Below are positions 57,705 through 64,000 of a DNA stretch of 64,000 bases, piece after piece. Below the pieces are notes generated by a model that worked only from the letters and a program-made list of their open reading frames with translations, was not told the DNA's origin and did not search any database. Position numbers and translations under genes: made by a program. The DNA is from Candidatus Eiseniibacteriota bacterium (lineage in GTDB: Bacteria; ARS69): assembly GCA_052390515.1 (NCBI GenBank), contig JBQTGV010000062.1:547-64546 (forward strand). The letters run 5' to 3'. The first letter of the stretch is position 1; every line of letters starts with the position of its first letter.

Positions 57705-58638
57705 CCGGGCGCTCGCCCGGGCCCTCTCCGGAAGCCACTCGCGCTCCGGGCTCGCGCGTCTCGCCCGCGACGGCCGCGTCCTCGTGAATGGACGGCCGGC
57801 GAAGCCCTCGACCGAGGTCGGCGCCGGCGACGTGGTCGTCGTGGATCTGCCCGCTCCGGTCCCTTCGGAGATCGCCGCCGAGGACCTGCCGTTGGTCGTC
57901 GTCTGGCAGGACGAGCACCTCGCCGTGGTGGAGAAGCCCGCGGGAATGGTGACGCATCCGGCAGGACCGCTGCGCGCCGGCACGCTGGTCAACGCGCTGC
58001 TGCACCACCTCGGCGATCTCTCCGGAATCGGGGGCGTGCTCCGCCCGGGGATCGTGCACCGGCTCGATCAAGGGACGTCGGGGCTCCTGGTGGTGGCCAA
58101 GCACGACGAGAGCCACCGCCGGCTCGCGGCGCAGCTCGCCGACCGGACGCTTCGCCGGATCTACCAGGTCGTGGCCTGGCGCAGGGTCGCGCCCGCGTCC
58201 TTCGTCATCGACGCGGCCATCTCGCGGGATCCGCGGGACCGCAAGCGCATGGCGGTGGTGGAGCGCGGCAAGGAAGCGCGAACGTCGCTGCGGGTCATCG
58301 CCGCGACCCCTCTCGCCTCTCACCTGGAGGCCTCGCTGCACACCGGCCGGACGCACCAGATCCGCGTTCATCTGCGGCACGCCGGACACCCCGTCGTCGG
58401 GGACGCGACGTACGGCGGGCGTCGTCAGGCGCTGCGCGCGCTTCCGCCGGGACTGCGCCCGCGCGGCGAGAGCCTGCTCGCCGCCATCGATCACCCGGCG
58501 CTGCACGCCTTCCAGATCGCCTTCCGACATCCGTTCCGCGACGAGCTCCTGCAATTCGAGAGCCGGCCGCCCGCGGACTTCCTCGAGGTCCTCTCACGGA
58601 TTCCCTGGGAGGATCCGTCGGGACGGGAAATCCGCTAG
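57628..58638 (+). CDS. rluD: RluD-type 23S rRNA pseudouridine synthase with S4 domain
   Basis: RLDRAL S4 domain, KPAGMVTHP, GIVHRLDQGTSG, TGRTHQIRVH. Confidence 0.9.
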   Translation: MEKESSGAPGRRLTLRIPPEAAGRLDRALARALSGSHSRSGLARLARDGRVLVNGRPAKPSTEVGAGDVVVVDLPAPVPSEIAAEDLPLVVVWQDEHLAVVEKPAGMVTHPAGPLRAGTLVNALLHHLGDLSGIGGVLRPGIVHRLDQGTSGLLVVAKHDESHRRLAAQLADRTLRRIYQVVAWRRVAPASFVIDAAISRDPRDRKRMAVVERGKEARTSLRVIAATPLASHLEASLHTGRTHQIRVHLRHAGHPVVGDATYGGRRQALRALPPGLRPRGESLLAAIDHPALHAFQIAFRHPFRDELLQFESRPPADFLEVLSRIPWEDPSGREIR

Positions 58639-58699
58639 TATGAGGCGGGTGACCGACTCTCCAGGTCGGATGAACGCGGGACGGAGGGAGTACGTCTCG

Positions 58700-59125
58700 A
58701 TGGAAGCCGAGATCGAAGAAGTCCGGATCCAGGTGCCGAGCCGCTTCGAATTCCTGTCCGTGATCAACTCCGTCACCGAGGAGGTGGCGCAGCAGATGGG
58801 GTTCGACGAGGAGGCGCGGAACGCGATCACCATCTCCGTCGTGGAGGCAGGAACCAACGCGATTCAGCACGGCAACCGGCAGGACCCGGCCAAACCGACG
58901 GAGGTCGTGTTCCGCAAGGAGAGCGATCGGCTCGTCGTCACAGTCCTCGACCACGGGGACGGCTTCGATCCGGAGCGTCTCGGCGATCCCGTGGCCAGCG
59001 AGAACCTCCTCGCGCAGAACGGGCGGGGTGTCTACATCTTGCGCTCCTTCATGGACGAGGTGACGTTCGCATTTCCGCGGGGGACGGGAACCGAGTGCCG
59101 ACTCGTCAAGTACCTCCCCCGATGA
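58700..59125 (+). CDS. Anti-sigma factor / Ser kinase (RsbW/SpoIIAB-like HATPase)
   Basis: EAGTNAIQHGN, DHGDGFD, GRGVYILRSFMDEV; GGAG SD before ATG 58700. Confidence 0.9.
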   Translation: MEAEIEEVRIQVPSRFEFLSVINSVTEEVAQQMGFDEEARNAITISVVEAGTNAIQHGNRQDPAKPTEVVFRKESDRLVVTVLDHGDGFDPERLGDPVASENLLAQNGRGVYILRSFMDEVTFAFPRGTGTECRLVKYLPR

Positions 59126-59170
59126 CGTCTCCGGCAGTGCGATAGCCGGGCCCAACGATCCGGAGAGGCG

Positions 59171-61450
59171 ATGGCCTTCGAAGTCGTCGCAGCGACCGCC
59201 TACCTGACGTGCGGCGCGCTCATGCTGTTCCTGGGGTTCGTCGTGCTGCGGGAGAACCCCAGGCAGCGTGTGAACCGCGCCACCGCCGGCATGCTGGTGT
59301 TCGGCGGGCTCGGGCCGATGCTCGGCGCATACAGCACCCTCACCGGGCGAATCCCGGGAGGGCCGCGTCTCTTCCAGGACGTCTTCGCGCAGTTCGCGTT
59401 CCTCTGGGAGTTCTGGTTCCCATCGGTCCTGCTCTTCGCTCTCGTCTTCCCGACGCTGCAACCTCTGCTCCGGCGCCGGCCGTGGATCTCGACGGCGCTC
59501 TTCGTCCCGCACGTGTTCCACGTGCTGCTCGTGCTGCTGCTCTCCGAGTACACCGGGCTGCTGGATCGATTGCTGCCGACCGACGTGTTCGGGGGGCGCG
59601 GCACCGTGTTCGGGCAGGCCGCCGGAGTCCTGCACGTGGGGCTCGAGCTCGCGTTCAAGGCGCACGTGCGCTTCTTCTCGTTCGTGAACCTCGCCATGGC
59701 GGCGACGAGCTGGTTCCTGCTCATGGGCAGCTCGCGGCGGACCACGAACCCGAAGCTCCGCTCGCAGGTTCGCACGATCCGTCTGGGCCTCGGTCTCTCG
59801 CTCGCGCTGTACTCCGGCGGTGAGCTCGTTCCCAACGTGTTCGGGCTCTCCCTGCCGCGTTCGCTCTCCCTGCCGCTGGTCACCGTTTCACTGCTGGTGG
59901 GTGCCGCCTCCATCCTCGTGGCGATCGTGCGCGTCGGCTTCCTCGACGTGCGCTTCATCGTGCGTCGCGGACTGGTCTACGGTCTCGCAGCCGGAGTGGT
60001 CGTCGCGCTGTACCTGTTCGTCGGCAAGCAGATCGACACGCTCTCGGCGCAACTGGTAGGCGCGCGGATCCCGGTGTTCGAGACGACCTTCCTCGTACTG
60101 AGCCTGTTCCTGCTCCAGCCGGTCCTTTCCGGAATCGAGCGCGCCGTGGACCGCGGCTACTCCCGCGACCGCGCCGACGTCCGCAACGCGTTCACGCGGC
60201 TCGCGGAGGATGTGTCGCAGGAGCTCGACAGCCGCCGCGTGTGCGAGATGGTCGCCGGGACCATCCGCCACGAGATGGTCCTCCGCTCGGTCGCGATGGT
60301 GAACGTGGATCCGCGCACCGGGGCGCATCGCCTGACCGTGGCGCGGGATACGGTGGAGACGGTGGAGAGCTGGAAGCCGGGCGCGGCGCTGTTCCGCGCC
60401 CTGGCGGGCCGCACGGATCCGGTGCCGGTGCAAGAGCTCGTGGAGCGGCCCGCGGGTGCCGAAGAACGGGATGTGCTCGCCGCCGGGCTCGGCTGGATCG
60501 GCGTGGAGTCCGTGCTGCCGCTCTACGTCGCCTCGCGGGACCGTGGAGCGAAGCAGATCGTCGGGGCGCTCGCGCTGGGGGAGAAGGTGACCGAGACGCG
60601 GATGACCTTCGAGGAGACGTCGCTCGTCTCGCTGCTGGCGCACCAGGTGGGCATCAGCCTGCAGAACGGCGCGCTGCACGAGGAGCGGCTGATGAGCCGC
60701 CTGCTCGAGGAAGAGGTTTCCACCGCACGCAAGATCCAGGAGATGCTGCTGCCCTCCGCACCGCCCGAGCTGCCCGGCTGGGAGCTCAGCGCCAGCAACA
60801 AGCCGAGCCGCCACGTCGGCGGCGACTATCACGACTTCCTGCCCATGCCCGCCGGGGAGACGGGGATCGCCATCGGGGACGTGTCCGGCAAGGGCGTGCC
60901 GGCGGCGCTGCTCATGTCCAACCTGCAGGCCACACTGCGCGTCCGCTCGATGGGAGGGAAGCCGTCACACGAGGTCGTGGAGGAGGTCAACCGACAGATG
61001 TGTCGCTCCACGGGTCCGGAGACGTTCATCTCCTTCTTCCTCGGTGACCTTCGCCCGGAGTGCGGGACGTTCGGCTTCACCAACGCCGGGCACAACGCGC
61101 CTTTGCTGGTGCGTCGCGACGGACGCGTCGAGACGCTGGATGCGGGGGGGCTGCTCCTCGGCGTGTTCCCGGAGGCGACCTACGAGCGGGGAGTCGTCGG
61201 GCTGGAGCCGGGCGACGCGCTGGCGCTGTACACCGACGGCGTGACCGAGGCCGCCGATCCCGACGGAGAGTTCTTCTCGGAGGAGCGGCTCGTGGAGGCG
61301 CTGGTCCGTCACCGCCACGCGAGCGCCGCGGAGATCCACGACCACGTGCTCGACGAGGTTCGCCGCTTTCAGCGCGGCCGCGACCCGGACGACGATCTCA
61401 CGCTGATCCTCCTCAAGCGGTCCGTCGAGCCTGCCGGAGCGGTCGGGTGA
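59171..61450 (+). CDS. Membrane PP2C (SpoIIE/RsbU-like) phosphatase with multi-TM sensor and GAF domain
   Basis: About 9 TMs, GAF-like region, ARKIQ, VGGDYHD, GDVSGKG, NAGH, YTDGVTE, DDLT. Confidence 0.92.
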   Translation: MAFEVVAATAYLTCGALMLFLGFVVLRENPRQRVNRATAGMLVFGGLGPMLGAYSTLTGRIPGGPRLFQDVFAQFAFLWEFWFPSVLLFALVFPTLQPLLRRRPWISTALFVPHVFHVLLVLLLSEYTGLLDRLLPTDVFGGRGTVFGQAAGVLHVGLELAFKAHVRFFSFVNLAMAATSWFLLMGSSRRTTNPKLRSQVRTIRLGLGLSLALYSGGELVPNVFGLSLPRSLSLPLVTVSLLVGAASILVAIVRVGFLDVRFIVRRGLVYGLAAGVVVALYLFVGKQIDTLSAQLVGARIPVFETTFLVLSLFLLQPVLSGIERAVDRGYSRDRADVRNAFTRLAEDVSQELDSRRVCEMVAGTIRHEMVLRSVAMVNVDPRTGAHRLTVARDTVETVESWKPGAALFRALAGRTDPVPVQELVERPAGAEERDVLAAGLGWIGVESVLPLYVASRDRGAKQIVGALALGEKVTETRMTFEETSLVSLLAHQVGISLQNGALHEERLMSRLLEEEVSTARKIQEMLLPSAPPELPGWELSASNKPSRHVGGDYHDFLPMPAGETGIAIGDVSGKGVPAALLMSNLQATLRVRSMGGKPSHEVVEEVNRQMCRSTGPETFISFFLGDLRPECGTFGFTNAGHNAPLLVRRDGRVETLDAGGLLLGVFPEATYERGVVGLEPGDALALYTDGVTEAADPDGEFFSEERLVEALVRHRHASAAEIHDHVLDEVRRFQRGRDPDDDLTLILLKRSVEPAGAVG

Positions 61451-61890
61451 GCGGGCGCGTGGTGGCCTTCGATCTCGGAGGGCGCCGCATCGGCGTCGCG
61501 GTGTCCGATCCCTCCGCGACCATCGCCGAGGGGCGGGACACGCTGCTTCGCTCCGGGGAGGCGCTGCCCTGGAAGGCGATCCTCGCGGTGGTGGAGGAGG
61601 CCGGGGCGCAGCACGTCGTCGTCGGCGATCCGATCCGCATGGACGGCAGCGTCGGAGAGAGCGCGCGTCGTGCCCGCGAGTTCGCGTGCGAGCTGGCCGG
61701 GCGGAGCGGAGCGAAGGTCGAGCTGCAGGACGAGAGGCTGACCTCGGTGCAGGCGCGTCGCGCCCTGATCGAGACGCGCGGGGGTTCGGGGCGGCGGCCG
61801 AAGGGTGGAGAGGACGTGGACCGGGTGGCCGCGGTGTTGATCCTGCAGGCCTGGCTGGATCGGCGCGGCGCGAGGGAGGAGACGACGTGA
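61447..61890 (+). CDS. ruvX: Holliday junction resolvase-like / pre-16S rRNA nuclease YqgF
   Basis: AFDLGGRRIGVAVSD, VVGDP, DERLTS, VDRVAAVLILQ. Confidence 0.94.
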   Translation: MSGRVVAFDLGGRRIGVAVSDPSATIAEGRDTLLRSGEALPWKAILAVVEEAGAQHVVVGDPIRMDGSVGESARRAREFACELAGRSGAKVELQDERLTSVQARRALIETRGGSGRRPKGGEDVDRVAAVLILQAWLDRRGAREETT

Positions 61891-62975
61891 AGGCGGTTCG
61901 CCTCGTCGCCGTCGTGCTCGCGCTGGGCGCAGCGCTCGCCGCTGGCCTGCGCTACGGCTGGCTGCTGCTGCTCGAGTCTCCGGCCATCGCGCCGGGGTCC
62001 GCTGCTCCCGTCGAGCTCTCCATCGAATCGGGGGAACGTCTCGCCAGCGTGGCGGCCCGCATGGAGGAGGCCGGGCTCATCGTCTCGGCGAACCGCTTCG
62101 CACTACTCGCGCGGCTCACCCGCGCCGACCGCACGATGCACGCCGGCACGTACCAGTTCGCGCCCGGCACCGGTCCACGCGACATCCTCCGTGACATGGT
62201 CGAGGGCAACGTGCGGCTGCAGCGCGTCACGCTTCCGGAAGGCTGGCGACTCGCCCAGATCGCCGAGGAGGTGGAGCGGGAGCTCGGCGTGTCGGCCGAC
62301 TCGATCCGCGCGGCGGCCGCCGACCCGGCACTCCTCGAGACGATGGGCTGCCCGGCCGAGACGCTCGAGGGGTACCTGTTCCCGGAGACCTACTACTTCC
62401 CGGACGGCGTCTCCGCGCGGCAGATCGTCACCGCGATGGCGCATCGCTTCGACGACGTCTGGTCGGCGCTTCCACCGAATCCGCACGACGGGCTCACCCG
62501 CCACGACGTCGTGACGCTGGCCTCGATCGTGGAGGCGGAGACCCGGATCCAGTCGGAGAAGCCGCGGATCGCCGCGGTGTACCTGAACCGCCTCGAGCGC
62601 GGCTGGAAGCTGCAGGCCGATCCCACGGTGCGCTTCGGCATCGAGCAGTTCACCGGCCGCCTCTACTACCGGCACCTGGATATCGACACGCCCTACAACA
62701 CGTATCTGCACGAGGGGCTGCCGCCCTCGCCGATCGGGGCGCCCGGGCGGTCCTCGCTGCTCGCCGTACTGCAGCCCCTCGAACCCTGCGACGACCTGTA
62801 CTTCGTTGCGTCGGGGAACGGCGGGCACGTCTTCTCCCGCACCGGAGAGGAGCACATCCAGGCGAAGCTCGCCGCGCGGGCGCAGGCCGAGGCGGCAGGG
62901 AAGACCTTGGCGGAGGCCGCTTCCCTGGCCGAGGCCAGTCCCGTGGCCGAGACGGCCGCTCCGGTCACCCGTTGA
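61887..62975 (+). CDS. mltG: Endolytic transglycosylase MltG
   Basis: TLPEG, LEGYLFPETY, LASIVEAE, NRL...LQADPT, YNTY..GLPPSPI. Confidence 0.95.
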   Translation: MKAVRLVAVVLALGAALAAGLRYGWLLLLESPAIAPGSAAPVELSIESGERLASVAARMEEAGLIVSANRFALLARLTRADRTMHAGTYQFAPGTGPRDILRDMVEGNVRLQRVTLPEGWRLAQIAEEVERELGVSADSIRAAAADPALLETMGCPAETLEGYLFPETYYFPDGVSARQIVTAMAHRFDDVWSALPPNPHDGLTRHDVVTLASIVEAETRIQSEKPRIAAVYLNRLERGWKLQADPTVRFGIEQFTGRLYYRHLDIDTPYNTYLHEGLPPSPIGAPGRSSLLAVLQPLEPCDDLYFVASGNGGHVFSRTGEEHIQAKLAARAQAEAAGKTLAEAASLAEASPVAETAAPVTR

Positions 62976-63010
62976 CCCCTTCGCCCGGCGTTCCTATCCT
63001 CCATGCTCCG

Positions 63011-63856
63011 ATGTCCACCGACGACCGCATCCTCGCGAAGCTGGCGCGCCTCCGTGACTCCCTCCGCGATTGCGGCAGCGTCCTCGTGGGGTTCTCCGGA
63101 GGGGTGGATTCCACGCTCGTCCTGCGCGTGGCCGTCGAGCAGCTGGGAGCGCGTGCCCTGGCCGTCACCGGGCGTTCGCCCTCGGTCCCGGCACGCGAGA
63201 TCGAGGAGGCCGTCCGGCTCGCCGCGTCGCTGCGCGCCCGGCATCGTCTGCTCGACACCGACGAGCTCTCCGTGGCCGCCTATCGGGCGAACGGCTCCGA
63301 CCGCTGTTACCACTGCAAGACGGAGCTGTGGGCGAAGCTCGAGCCGGTCCGCCTCGCCGAGGGTCTCGCCTGGATCGTCGACGGGACGAACACGGACGAT
63401 CTCGGTGATCATCGCCCGGGACTTCGCGCCCGTTCGGAGAACCGAGTGAGGAGCCCGCTCGTCGAAGCGGAGATGTCCAAGGAGGACGTCCGCGACGTCT
63501 CGCGCCACCTCGGGCTGGACACGGCTGAGAAGCCGGCGGCGCCGTGCCTCGCCTCGAGGTTACCGTACGGAACGGAGGTCACGGAGGAGGGTCTGGCACG
63601 CGTCGAGGCGGCGGAGGATCGGGTGCGGAGCCTCGGGTTCCGGGAGTTCCGCGTGCGTCACCACGGGGACGTGGCGCGGGTCGAGGTGCATCCGGCGGAG
63701 CTGGATCGCGCGCTCGATCCTGTCCTGCGCGGCCGCCTCGTGCGCGCCCTGAAGGAAGCGGGGTACCGCTATGTCGCGCTCGACCTCGAGGGGTATCGGT
63801 CGGGCAGCCTGAACGAAGTCCTGCCCGCGGTCATCGGCAGGAGGGGGGACGCGTGA
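63011..63856 (+). CDS. larE: LarE-family ATP-dependent sulfur transferase
   Basis: FSGGVDS, RCYHCK, DGTNTDD, HRPG, PCLASR, RVRHHG, GYRSGSLN. Confidence 0.9.
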   Translation: MSTDDRILAKLARLRDSLRDCGSVLVGFSGGVDSTLVLRVAVEQLGARALAVTGRSPSVPAREIEEAVRLAASLRARHRLLDTDELSVAAYRANGSDRCYHCKTELWAKLEPVRLAEGLAWIVDGTNTDDLGDHRPGLRARSENRVRSPLVEAEMSKEDVRDVSRHLGLDTAEKPAAPCLASRLPYGTEVTEEGLARVEAAEDRVRSLGFREFRVRHHGDVARVEVHPAELDRALDPVLRGRLVRALKEAGYRYVALDLEGYRSGSLNEVLPAVIGRRGDA

Positions 63857-64000
63857 AGCCTGCGAAGACCGCCGCCGCCCGGAGCCGCAAGCAGGCGGGC
63901 TCGCCGCCGGAGGCCGTCCGGGTCCGCTGGCAGCGAAAGAACATCGTCATCTTCTGCGTGGGGATCGGCTCGGTGATCCTGGGCTACATCCTGCTCTCCC
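63853..64000 (+). CDS. Small membrane protein, truncated by the window edge
   Basis: GTGA coupling; basic N-terminus followed by KNIVIFCVGIGSVILGYILLS. Confidence 0.6.
   Translation, partial: MKPAKTAAARSRKQAGSPPEAVRVRWQRKNIVIFCVGIGSVILGYILLS

Overview
Very GC-rich (roughly 70% by eye), gene-dense chromosomal window from a diderm bacterium. FlgD-Ig C-terminal domains, OmpA, lipoproteins and the gene order suggest an FCB-related lineage such as Eisenbacteria/Krumholzibacteria/Latescibacteria (inference only). From left to right: (1) a truncated sulfatase; (2) an asnB - two alpha/beta hydrolases - nadE-like - ACP - AMP-ligase biosynthetic operon; (3) an SLC13 permease; (4) a full kdpFABC-porin-kdpDE locus with an extra upstream membrane micropeptide; (5) a two-domain PPK2 that appears to start at CTG; (6) a FixLJ-like system with repeated operator-like boxes; (7) a sigma-54 two-component system with an accessory lipoprotein, OmpA and small membrane/CTERM-like proteins; (8) PAP2/Aur1-like, M36 protease, alkaline phosphatase and class II GAT genes; (9) a four-gene operon of a Lys-terminated helical lipoprotein plus three YkuD-fold proteins (two catalytic, one apparently dead); (10) RNA-modification and surface-modification genes; (11) a long housekeeping operon tdk-yggS-yggT-divIVA-yggU-pnp-ileS(type 2, GVHH)-lspA-rluD-rsbW-like-SpoIIE-ruvX-mltG-larE. 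I saw no rRNA, tRNA, CRISPR array or mobile element. The best candidates for undescribed systems are the Braun-lipoprotein-like tether / L,D-transpeptidase operon, the asnB/nadE/ACP tailoring operon and the sigma-54 envelope module. All calls come from reading motifs by eye; no database search was run.
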